A DNA stretch of 64,000 bases, from NCBI GenBank assembly GCA_024275145.1, contig JAJRZR010000044.1, positions 863-64,862 of the forward strand, read 5' to 3'. Below are positions 1 to 7,412 of the stretch, one piece after another. Both the position numbers and the translations under genes were made by a program. The notes under the pieces were generated by a model, which did no database searches, was not told the origin of the DNA, and saw nothing but the letters and a program-made list of their open reading frames with translations. The DNA comes from Deltaproteobacteria bacterium (GTDB lineage: Bacteria > Desulfobacterota > Dissulfuribacteria > Dissulfuribacterales > QOAL01). How positions within the stretch are numbered: position 1 is the stretch's first letter; each line of letters begins with the position of its first letter.

Positions 1-1
1 T

Positions 2-553
2 GTCTTTTCTGCGTTAGTTGAGGGAGGGCTAGAATATCGAGGGGCGATTATTAGACTAGTAAGAACGCTACGAGGTGGAGATAGGCCTAAAAATGCTGAA
101 AAAGAATTTGAAGACGTTTGCTCCATGCCAAGAGGGTGCTATGAGCCTTGGGGGTTATTTCGCAAACCACTACCTAAAGGCTTTAAAGTCAGTGATTGCC
201 TCAAAAAACACTGCACAGGAGGTTTACGTAGAAAGATGGATGGATCGCCTTTTGAGGATGTTATCGAGAGTGAGCGAACCCCCAAGGAAGAAAAAGAAAT
301 TGCTAATCATCCCAGCTTAAAACCACAATCATTTTTACGAAAAATTGTATACGCTGCCCTGCCTTTAGGTGAAGGTATCATTGTTGACCCCTTCATGGGG
401 TCTGGTTCGACAATTGCTGCTGCTGAATCTATTGGGTATACTTGTATTGGAGTTGAGAGACATATCAAATATTACAAGTTGGCTAAAGATTCTATTCCAA
501 GGCTTGCATCCATTAACAAAGGTGATAATCAGCTTAGTATCTTTGCCTATTGA
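2..553 (+). CDS. DNA methyltransferase, beta-class N4-cytosine/N6-adenine type (C-terminal part; 5' end outside window)
   Basis: Frame 2 is open from base 2. Motif HPSLKP is followed by SAM-binding motif DPFMGSGST and IGVE. Converges on and overlaps the endonuclease gene by 20 nt. Confidence 0.8.
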   Translation, partial: VFSALVEGGLEYRGAIIRLVRTLRGGDRPKNAEKEFEDVCSMPRGCYEPWGLFRKPLPKGFKVSDCLKKHCTGGLRRKMDGSPFEDVIESERTPKEEKEIANHPSLKPQSFLRKIVYAALPLGEGIIVDPFMGSGSTIAAAESIGYTCIGVERHIKYYKLAKDSIPRLASINKGDNQLSIFAY

Positions 554-1187
554 CTGTAACATCATAAATCCAGTTGGCCTTCATTTTACTTACTCCACTT
601 CTATTAACACTTGCTGTAATTGTCCTCCTGCTTGTTTTTGAACGTCCTGAGAAATTCCAGTCTGATTCTTCTAGCTTTGCAGCATAAACACCTTTAAATA
701 CGAACGACTTTGGGCCAATTCCGTTCTTTTTATCATTTGAAGTGTTGCTATCGAAATGAAAAACCATCAACCAAACAGCCTCAGGATTGTGCCCTTGCCA
801 ACCACTCGCGTGCCTAGAGGCTTTTATTTCAACACCTTCATTTGAATATTGCACAGAATTTTGAGGAAATTTGCCTGTCGGAATCAAATCTGGATGGCCA
901 TTATGATATTGGTTTTTTACAAGCGTCGGACAATATTTAGGAATACTCGCATTCATGAACTCGCCAACTATGCTACTGAAGTTTGCCGGCATTAAGAAGC
1001 TTTCTAGGCGAGGCATTCCCTTATTATACAGCTGTTTATTTATGAAGCCGATAAATGAAATAAACTCCTCCATAGCCTTAATAATGTGATCCACCTCAAG
1101 GCCATATGGAAGAGAGCATTCTCTATTAAAACATGAATGGCTAACTGGAACAGGATTGCACGCTTGTTCCTCTGTATTATTTTTCAT
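534..1187 (-). CDS. Type II restriction endonuclease (PD-(D/E)XK-like), family not recognised
   Basis: 217 aa. GHPDLIP ... GVEIKASR fits a PD...ExK core. Start overlaps the stop of the controller gene by 11 nt. Paired with a methyltransferase. Confidence 0.6.
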   Translation of the reverse strand: MKNNTEEQACNPVPVSHSCFNRECSLPYGLEVDHIIKAMEEFISFIGFINKQLYNKGMPRLESFLMPANFSSIVGEFMNASIPKYCPTLVKNQYHNGHPDLIPTGKFPQNSVQYSNEGVEIKASRHASGWQGHNPEAVWLMVFHFDSNTSNDKKNGIGPKSFVFKGVYAAKLEESDWNFSGRSKTSRRTITASVNRSGVSKMKANWIYDVTVNRQRY

Positions 1188-1428
1188 CTTTCTCGGACGT
1201 TGAAAATTGATTTGGCCTTAATAATTGATGCGGTTCAACGCCGAGCACACCAGCTATTTTTTCGACATTTTTAGCAGAAATATTTTTCTCGCCTCTTTCT
1301 ACTGCCCCGATATACGTTCTGTGCAGTTCAGCCAGTTCAGCCAATTTTTCCTGACTGAGTCCTAGTTGCTTGCGCAAGGCTCTGAGATTTTGCCCTATGG
1401 TGGTTAGTATGCCCGACATAATAAGCAA
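1177..1428 (-). CDS. Restriction-modification controller (C) protein, XRE-family HTH
   Basis: 83 aa. LSQEKLAELAELHRTYIGAVERGEKNIS is a typical C-protein/XRE helix-turn-helix. Lies directly upstream of and overlapping the endonuclease gene. ORF-track start is TTG at 1428; an ATG lies at 1419. Confidence 0.75.
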   Translation of the reverse strand: MLIMSGILTTIGQNLRALRKQLGLSQEKLAELAELHRTYIGAVERGEKNISAKNVEKIAGVLGVEPHQLLRPNQFSTSEKDEK

Positions 1429-1445
1429 TATAAACTTCGATGCAC

Positions 1446-1470
1446 TCTATAAGTCTACAGACTATAAGTA
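1446..1470 (-). promoter_or_regulatory. Probable C-box operator/promoter of the C-R operon
   Basis: Coding-strand sequence TACTTATAGTCTGTAGACTTATAGA has two direct ACTTATAG copies and the dyad AGTCT-GT-AGACT, about 18-27 nt upstream of the C gene. GACT/AGTC dyads around TATA are the hallmark of described C-boxes (from memory). Confidence 0.5.
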
Positions 1471-1503
1471 GCATTGCGATTAGAATAGTCGAGCGGATTA
1501 GTG

Positions 1504-1588
1504 GCCGAACGTCTAAAGTCACCAGCAGACAAGACGCAAGGCCGAAGGCCGCAGCGGATTGGCGGTCTGGTGCACCCTATTGTTAGGC
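1504..1588 (-). repeat. Integron attC site (85 bp) closing the RDD-protein cassette
   Basis: Minus-strand reading is GCCTAAC ... GTTCGGC with an internal imperfect dyad. The plus-strand centre ACGCAAGGCC..GCAGCGGATTGGCGGTC is homologous to the centres of the other attC sites. Confidence 0.75.
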
Positions 1589-1619
1589 GACACAATTTGT
1601 AGTAAACACTTTTATGCAA

Positions 1620-2138
1620 TCATACTTCTATTACTATAGTACCTGCAGCAAAATCATGTATTGCTCGCTTCTTGCTTGAAAAAATAATCGAAAAAAACGA
1701 TATAATTCCCAAAAAAATCTTTACTATTATTCGGACATAGGCCTGAAAAAGAGAAATTCTTTCTAAATTAGCAAAATTTCGAACTCTAACTCCCATTATT
1801 TTTTGTCCCACGGTGCATTTTTTGCTCGTAAGCAAGGGCTCATATATAAAAAACATTGAAAGGATAATACTTATTCGTAATAAAATATCGATATTAGTAT
1901 CATTAGAAAAAATATATGATGTAAATACCATCACAATCAGAATGACCATTCCATCTATGAAGGTTGCTAAATACCTCCTTACAATTGTTGGATATTTTAT
2001 TCCGCTGTCACTAGTGGAAACATGGCGAACTTCTTCGGATATTTCTGGTTTCTCACTTTTTAGAAGCCATTCACCGCAATGCTTACATTTTATTGCTTCT
2101 GATTGAATCTCTTCAGCGCAATATGGACATTTTTTCAT
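1620..2138 (-). CDS. RDD-family membrane protein with N-terminal zinc ribbon (integron cassette ORF)
   Basis: CPYC...CKHC zinc ribbon, then hydrophobic helices and RYLATFIDG ... HDFAAGT typical of the RDD domain. Confidence 0.6.
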   Translation of the reverse strand: MKKCPYCAEEIQSEAIKCKHCGEWLLKSEKPEISEEVRHVSTSDSGIKYPTIVRRYLATFIDGMVILIVMVFTSYIFSNDTNIDILLRISIILSMFFIYEPLLTSKKCTVGQKIMGVRVRNFANLERISLFQAYVRIIVKIFLGIISFFSIIFSSKKRAIHDFAAGTIVIEV

Positions 2139-2424
2139 TTCAATGCCCTCCTTCCGTGGCCACTATAATCATTGTTGTCATTTGGAACATGCATAATACT
2201 GGACACCTTTTGCGACTCACACAAAATTATTTCCCTTTCTCAACTTTCACCAATAATAATGTAGGGGCGGACTTTAGTCCGTTCACCCCTCACCCCCAAC
2301 CTCTCTCTCAGAGGGAGAGGAGAATTTACGAATATAAAAAGTGTCTAGTACTAAGCATATTGCGAAACAGTTGTCAACATGAAAACTAATCTATTGACGA
2401 ATTTATTTGCGAATTCAAAAGGTG

Positions 2425-2567
2425 TACAGTAGAGACCTTTGCAAAATTGGTATTCAGCCCGGAACAGCCATTGCGGGGACAGGCAAAATCGCAGATTTTG
2501 CCTGTCCCCATTAGACAAAGCGTAGCGCTTGAACCACCGGCGCCACGTTTTGCAAAGGTCTCAGTAC
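2425..2567. repeat. Nested perfect palindrome (MITE-like or structured element) inside the cassette array
   Basis: 15-bp perfect arms GAGACCTTTGCAAAA (2432-2446) / TTTTGCAAAGGTCTC (2548-2562) enclose a perfect 16-bp stem, 2475-2490 / 2494-2509, with a 3-nt loop. GTAC lies at both outer ends. Confidence 0.6.
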
Positions 2568-2689
2568 TAAGTGGAACATGATAAATTATCCTCCAACCTT
2601 ACCTCTCGAGGCATACGACCTCTTTCCGTTATAAAGTAAACTGGAGAGTAATATGGCACATCTAATTGTTAGGCGATTCTATATGGCCT

Positions 2690-3361
2690 TCATTTCATGA
2701 CATGCATAAGTTGTTGGCCAATATATGCACCGTATATAAATAAAGGGATAAAACCAAATACTCCACCAAGTGGAATAGCAATTAACATCATATAATCTTC
2801 TCCCCAAATTGTTCCTAAAAGAGCCAGCAACATTGTTGATGTCCATGAAACAAGGCCAGCAATAACTAAAAAACCAATTATTGTAAGAAAATTTGGTATA
2901 ATTTGGATTTTATCGATAGGTAGATTAGGATATGCTGAGTGAAGAATTTCTAGAACCAAAATCAATGAAATTGCACCTGATACAAAAGTATGTAATGACT
3001 GAATTTGGCCAAGCACTGGGATAAATGCAAGGATTATAGTTGCAATAAGAATGATTAAAGCGGCCTTTATCATAGGCCAAGGTGTTGAAAATAATATCTT
3101 CCAAGGAAAAGACCAAGCAGCGTCTTCGGAAAATCCAAGCAGAATAGGGAACAAAGTAAATACAAAAATAAGGGTGGCCAGAGCTTGGAATACTGGAGTG
3201 ATAAGCATTCCACCGAGACAGCCCACAGCTTCATTCTTTTCGCCAATTAAACCAAAAATCATTATGGGGCCTACCGAAATAATAGTGTAAATGAGAGCCG
3301 CCACATAAACTTCCCAAAACGTTAGAACTTTTAGACCCCCAATGATTGAGCTCCAGAACAT
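2690..3361 (-). CDS. Polytopic membrane protein of unknown function (integron cassette ORF)
   Basis: 223 aa, about six hydrophobic helices. AAGGAG RBS between the GTTAGGC cassette boundary and the ATG. No family recognised. Confidence 0.6.
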   Translation of the reverse strand: MFWSSIIGGLKVLTFWEVYVAALIYTIISVGPIMIFGLIGEKNEAVGCLGGMLITPVFQALATLIFVFTLFPILLGFSEDAAWSFPWKILFSTPWPMIKAALIILIATIILAFIPVLGQIQSLHTFVSGAISLILVLEILHSAYPNLPIDKIQIIPNFLTIIGFLVIAGLVSWTSTMLLALLGTIWGEDYMMLIAIPLGGVFGFIPLFIYGAYIGQQLMHVMK

Positions 3362-3377
3362 TTATTTCTCCTTTTTT

Positions 3378-3470
3378 GCCTAACGTAAAAGCTTAGGTGC
3401 CGACATGAAGCAAGGCCACGCAAAGCGGGGCTGCAGCGGAATGGCGGTCACCTACAGCGACTTGTTCGGC
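3378..3470 (-). repeat. Integron attC site (93 bp) closing the HigBA cassette
   Basis: Minus-strand reading is GCCGAAC ... GTTAGGC. Identical at 88 of 93 positions to the site at 4980-5072. Confidence 0.8.
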
Positions 3471-3494
3471 CAACAGGCCGATTTGTATATAAAA

Positions 3495-3839
3495 TCAACA
3501 AGTTCTTGCTTCATCTTCTGACTTCAAAACAGGTTCTATCTTGGACAGCTCTTCTTTCATCTGCTGTTCGGCTTGCCATAAATCATAATTCTGTTGCATC
3601 CTAAGCCACAATCCAGGACCATTACCTGCAAATCTGCCTATTCTAAGGGCCATTTGTGGAGTAATCGGATGGGTACAGGCTAATATCCGATGTAACTGTT
3701 GGCGGGAGATGCCAAGCCTCCTGGCTGCTTCAGTAACAGATATACCCAGAGCTGATAGTACGTCTTCACGTAGAATCTCTCCTGGATGAATCGGAGCCCT
3801 TTTTAATGGACGCTTTACAACATATTCTGCCATGATCAC
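3495..3839 (-). CDS. higA: HigA-family antitoxin (XRE HTH)
   Basis: IHPGEILREDVL...ISVTEAARRLGISRQQLHRIL...ITPQMALRIGRF matches the HigA antidote family. Lies 3 nt downstream of higB. Confidence 0.85.
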   Translation of the reverse strand: MIMAEYVVKRPLKRAPIHPGEILREDVLSALGISVTEAARRLGISRQQLHRILACTHPITPQMALRIGRFAGNGPGLWLRMQQNYDLWQAEQQMKEELSKIEPVLKSEDEARTC

Positions 3840-3842
3840 ACC

Positions 3843-4118
3843 TCAGTGATATTGCTCCAGATCAACTCTTAGAGCATGGTCCCTTTCCCATTCAAAAGTA
3901 ATACACCAGGGACCGTTAACGTGAATGCTATAACGCTTTGGTTTTCCTTTAAGACCATGAAAATTAAAACCTGGAATGTTCAACTCCATAAGAACCTCTG
4001 CCTGATCCAAAGCCTCCAGCCTCCTTAATATGCGCCTTTGCAGATCAGATCTGATTTTGGCAGAATGGCCTTTTTCAAACAATTCAACCAGCCCCTTGTG
4101 CTTGAAACTTTTGATCAT
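3843..4118 (-). CDS. higB: HigB-type toxin (plasmid maintenance system killer, RelE/ParE superfamily)
   Basis: 91 aa. MIKSFKHKGL..LF ... LHGLKGKPKRYSIHVNGPWCITFEW matches the HigB/killer family. Toxin-first order is typical of hig loci. Confidence 0.85.
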   Translation of the reverse strand: MIKSFKHKGLVELFEKGHSAKIRSDLQRRILRRLEALDQAEVLMELNIPGFNFHGLKGKPKRYSIHVNGPWCITFEWERDHALRVDLEQYH

Positions 4119-4124
4119 ATTAGC

Positions 4125-4152
4125 AGTGTATCCTATTTTGATACACTGTCAA
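4125..4152 (-). promoter_or_regulatory. Cassette-internal promoter with dyad operator for higBA
   Basis: Minus strand reads TTGACA-16 nt-TACACT. The perfect 8-bp inverted repeat AGTGTATC / GATACACT overlaps the spacer and -10, just upstream of the higB ATG. Confidence 0.5.
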
Positions 4153-4194
4153 TTACCTTGTTACAAAACTATTGGAACCCACCTAATTTATAAG

Positions 4195-4274
4195 GCCGAA
4201 CGATTTACATCAGCGGCTGGCAGCCGCAAAGCGCAGCGGCGCGGTTGACAGTCCGCTGGATGTGATTGTTAGGC
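4195..4274 (-). repeat. Integron attC site (80 bp) closing the methyltransferase cassette
   Basis: Minus-strand reading is GCCTAAC ... GTTCGGC. Inner dyad ACATCAGCGG / CCGCTGGATGT has one unpaired base, as in attC L boxes. Confidence 0.8.
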
Positions 4275-4283
4275 TTATGCTGT

Positions 4284-4979
4284 TCATTTCCTTCCACTAA
4301 TTATTGCAAAGTTCAAATAACGCCAGTGACAAGCTGTATGTTTGAAACCAGTTTCTTCTAGCCACGATAGTTGGTTTTCAATGGAGACCGGATGATCTTT
4401 TCCTTTATGTTTGTTATACCAAAACTCGTCATCCTCACCATTGGTTTTCATAAAATTTCGCCATATCGAATAATGCCATTCTGTTATGAATGGATCGTCA
4501 TCGACGATGATTTCTCTGGCGATAAATATTCCATCTTCTGAGAGTGCCTCGTAAATAACCTGGAAAACAGACTTTCTTTCTTCATCAGTCAAATGATGCA
4601 AGGTCAATCCCGCCAGAACCACATCATAGCCTGACCCGACAGTATCCCTTTTGTAATCTCCCTGCTGAAAGGTGACCCGTCCTTCATATTTGCTTAATCT
4701 CTCTTGGCACAATAAAAGCATCTCTTCGGTTAAATCGAAGGCGTGTACATTCGCTCTCGGATACATTTCTAGAGCAAGCTCAGACAAACCACCTGGACCC
4801 GAACCTAAATCCAGCACCTTTATATCCTGTCCCTTGTCAAATGGGATCAATTCACAAAGAAATCTTTGTCCGGTTTCATATTCAGGAATAATCCGATTCA
4901 TCAAGCCAGCATAATCACCGACCTGTTTTCTGAAATGCTCTTGTACTTGTTTTTCGTCCATGTCTTTCTCGATTTTCAA
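4284..4979 (-). CDS. Class I SAM-dependent methyltransferase (integron cassette ORF)
   Basis: VLDLGSGPGGLS motif I. ORF-track start is TTG at 4979; the likely ATG is at 4961. Confidence 0.75.
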   Translation of the reverse strand: MKIEKDMDEKQVQEHFRKQVGDYAGLMNRIIPEYETGQRFLCELIPFDKGQDIKVLDLGSGPGGLSELALEMYPRANVHAFDLTEEMLLLCQERLSKYEGRVTFQQGDYKRDTVGSGYDVVLAGLTLHHLTDEERKSVFQVIYEALSEDGIFIAREIIVDDDPFITEWHYSIWRNFMKTNGEDDEFWYNKHKGKDHPVSIENQLSWLEETGFKHTACHWRYLNFAIISGRK

Positions 4980-5072
4980 GCCTAACGTAAAAGCTTAGGT
5001 GCCGACATGAAGCAAGGCCACGCAAGGCGTGGCCGCAGCGGAATGGCGGTCACCTACAGCGACTTGTTGTGC
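4980..5072 (-). repeat. Integron attC site (93 bp) closing the first cassette
   Basis: Minus-strand reading is GCACAAC ... GTTAGGC. Near-identical to 3378-3470. Confidence 0.8.
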
Positions 5073-5084
5073 CATTTTTTTCCT

Positions 5085-5729
5085 TTAATTCCCAGTATAT
5101 CCACAAACTCCAGCCCGGGGAGAATTGACAACCGGAAGATACATCTCCTCTCCACATTCATGCTCTTCTGCACATCTAGCACATAACCATCCCTCACCTT
5201 CCCATTGACATTGTGTACAAATTATCTCTGCAGGATTTCTCTTACATTCATCGCATAAAATTATAGGCTGAGCATTACGTGCTACTATCATTATCTTTTG
5301 ATTCCCCTTTATCCTACCTGCATATTTTGACACATATTTCACTGTTAGTTCTGTGGGTTCACCAAAATCATATGTATACTCGAGAATTACCCCTGGCTTG
5401 AAAATTTCATGTATTTTCTTCTGCATGCTTATCTCTCTATACATTCCAGAATACGCAAAGATGCTCATGTGACCACAGCATTCAACCCAAATATCTCGGA
5501 GAAAATTATCTAGATCTCTAAGACGTGCTTTTTCTTTGATAAGTATATGGAGAAAATAGTCTGCATTGTGACTGGCATAAATATGTAAGTAGTAAAGCTG
5601 CCTTGCCTTTACTTTCGGCATTGCTTGGAAGTGCTTGTCCAGACAACTTTTTATATGCCTACCTATTCCAGCTCGTGTAAATTTAGAGCCACATATCCTG
5701 CAAGTTGATTTATTTACTTGAGATTTCAT
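5085..5729 (-). CDS. PRiA4_ORF3-like (MM3350-like) domain protein with N- and C-terminal Cys-rich zinc-binding segments (first integron cassette)
   Basis: CRICGSKF...HIKSC finger. The core YYLHI...LRDLDNFLRDIW...EYTYDFGEPTEL resembles the plasmid pRiA4b ORF-3 family. C-terminus is CDEC..C..C...C..C..HEC. Confidence 0.45.
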   Translation of the reverse strand: MKSQVNKSTCRICGSKFTRAGIGRHIKSCLDKHFQAMPKVKARQLYYLHIYASHNADYFLHILIKEKARLRDLDNFLRDIWVECCGHMSIFAYSGMYREISMQKKIHEIFKPGVILEYTYDFGEPTELTVKYVSKYAGRIKGNQKIMIVARNAQPIILCDECKRNPAEIICTQCQWEGEGWLCARCAEEHECGEEMYLPVVNSPRAGVCGYTGN

Positions 5730-5757
5730 TGCTTCTTCTATGTCTTTTTATGTCTTG

Positions 5758-5880
5758 GCACAACAGTTGTAATAGATGGAAAAAGTCCATTATATCGGCC
5801 TAAATAGCTGGACATATTTTCCAGTTATTCGGCTATAGAACCGATAAAAACGGAAATACCCATCCATCTTTGATTTTTTT
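5758..5880. other. attI region; attI x attC crossover heptamer GTTGTGC (minus strand, 5764-5758)
   Basis: Lies between the first cassette and intI. The six bases after G|TT (TTGTGC) are the exact complement of the R'' box GCACAAC of the first cassette's attC. Confidence 0.5.
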
Positions 5881-6909
5881 GTGAAAAAATCCAGTTATCG
5901 TGATAGTATGTTAGCAGCTATGGAAAATCAAACAAAATTTTACCCTAATCCAAAATTGAAGCTCATGGATCAGGTACGTGAAGTACTTCGATATTACCAC
6001 TACGCATACCGGACAGAGCGATCCTATTGTAGCTGGATACTTCGTTATATTCGTTTTTATAGAGGGAAGGTCCATCCTGCAAAGATGGGCGCAAGGCATG
6101 TAGAAAGGTTCCTTTCACATCTGGCAACCGACGGTGGGGTGTCCGCCTCAACCCAGCGTCAGGCCCTCAATGCCCTCGTTTTTCTTTACAGGGATGTGCT
6201 CCACAAGCCCCTGGGGGGCACTATTGCCCCCATACGCTCCAAGAAAACGCCAAGGCTTCCCACGGTCCTGAGCCAGGAGGAGGCAAAGGGACTTTTAATG
6301 CACCTTTCCGGCTCCCATGCCCTTATGGCAAAGTTACTTTATGGAGCGGGTCTGAGGCTCATGGAATGTATACGTCTTCGGATAAAGGACGTGGACTTTT
6401 CCAGAAACCGTATCCAAGTCAGGATGGGAAAGGGAGGAAAAGATAGATCCACTATCTTGCCTCAGAGTATAAGGGGTGAATTGTACTTTCACATACAGAG
6501 AGTAAAGGTACTGCACCAGGAAGATCTTGAGAATGGCTTTGGCGATGTCTATCTGCCCGAGGCCGTTGCAAGAAAGTACCCGAATGCCCCCAGGGAAACC
6601 GGATGGCAATACGTATTCCCTTCGAAAAGGCTTTCTAAGGACCCGAGATCGGGCAAGGTGATGCGGCATCACGTATTGGAATCAGGCTTGCAGAAGGCGG
6701 TAAAGCGCGCGGCGAAGAGGGCAGGAATCGACAAGCGAGCTACCTGCCATACTCTTCGGCACAGCTTTGCAACCCACATGCTTGAAAGAGGCATCAACAT
6801 TAGAATCCTTCAGGAGCTTATGGGGCATACAGACCTTAAAACCACGGAGATCTACACCCATGTCATGGACAGGGACATCTCCAGGCTTTCTAGCCCCTTG
6901 GATGATTAG
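5881..6909 (+). CDS. intI: Integron integrase (tyrosine recombinase, IntI family)
   Basis: [60 protein letters not shown] and [14 protein letters not shown], plus the IntI-specific insert [24 protein letters not shown]. Divergent from the cassette array. Confidence 0.9.
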   Translation: MKKSSYRDSMLAAMENQTKFYPNPKLKLMDQVREVLRYYHYAYRTERSYCSWILRYIRFYRGKVHPAKMGARHVERFLSHLATDGGVSASTQRQALNALVFLYRDVLHKPLGGTIAPIRSKKTPRLPTVLSQEEAKGLLMHLSGSHALMAKLLYGAGLRLMECIRLRIKDVDFSRNRIQVRMGKGGKDRSTILPQSIRGELYFHIQRVKVLHQEDLENGFGDVYLPEAVARKYPNAPRETGWQYVFPSKRLSKDPRSGKVMRHHVLESGLQKAVKRAAKRAGIDKRATCHTLRHSFATHMLERGINIRILQELMGHTDLKTTEIYTHVMDRDISRLSSPLDD

Positions 6910-7412
6910 CCAGGGGGTAAGCCTTTTTCGGGAGGCCTTTTGTGTCTATGCATCACATTGCTTACCTTGACACAAAGGGCTGTGGTAGTTATCAGAGTGG
7001 GCTTATTGACGGCCCAGCCTCATAAACGATACGGTACTTGCCGGGATGATATAAATGGCTATATTTTCATGTTCAGGGGACCTGCCCAGGTTGCCAAACA
7101 GGCACAAATCCAGTCCATGGAGTTTGCTGGTCTGCCCAAGCTTCCTATCGCCGGGTAATTTAAGTTGCAAAGGTATGTCTCTGCCCCTCCACTTCGCGTT
7201 TTGGGCAAGTTTGCTTGTGGCTTCAAGTACCTGAACATCAAGATTGCTGGAATCCGCGCACTCCGGATGAAGCAGACGTTCTGACAGATTACACAACCAG
7301 CCACGGAAATGCCCTCGTTCAGCCAGCATCCTTTTTTCTAGGGGCATTTGACGTCAATCTGACATGAAATTTTGTGGTTTATAACGACATGGCCTTATCG
7401 AAGGAGGAAGTT

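Larger units (their letters stand above)
1..6909. mobile_element. Chromosomal (sedentary-type) integron: intI on + strand, attI just upstream of it, cassette array running leftwards on the - strand and continuing past the left window edge
   Basis: IntI-type tyrosine recombinase at 5881-6909. All ORFs to its left are on the opposite strand and separated by 80-93 bp imperfect palindromes bounded by RYYYAAC / GTTRRRY heptamers. The region is visibly more A+T-rich than the rest of the window. Confidence 0.85.

Noticed and set aside
2093-2389. 98-aa plus-strand ORF in the cassette array
   Set aside because: It lies opposite to the cassette orientation, overlaps the RDD gene start, has no RBS, and spans hairpin-rich non-coding sequence.
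2591-2674. Candidate 84-bp attC for cassette 4 (R'' GCCTAAC at 2674-2668, R' GTTGGAG at 2597-2591)
   Set aside because: The inner L-box pairing is poor and the spacers are asymmetric (5 vs about 10 nt). No downstream cassette ends with the complementary CTCCAAC. I left it unresolved rather than annotating it.
5808-5824. CTG-N11-CAG dyad (CTGGACATATTTTCCAG) in the attI/intI promoter region as a LexA box
   Set aside because: Integron integrases are often SOS-regulated, but the spacing is one base longer than the E. coli-type CTG-N10-CAG box. Deltaproteobacterial LexA motifs differ, so the sequence alone does not support the call.
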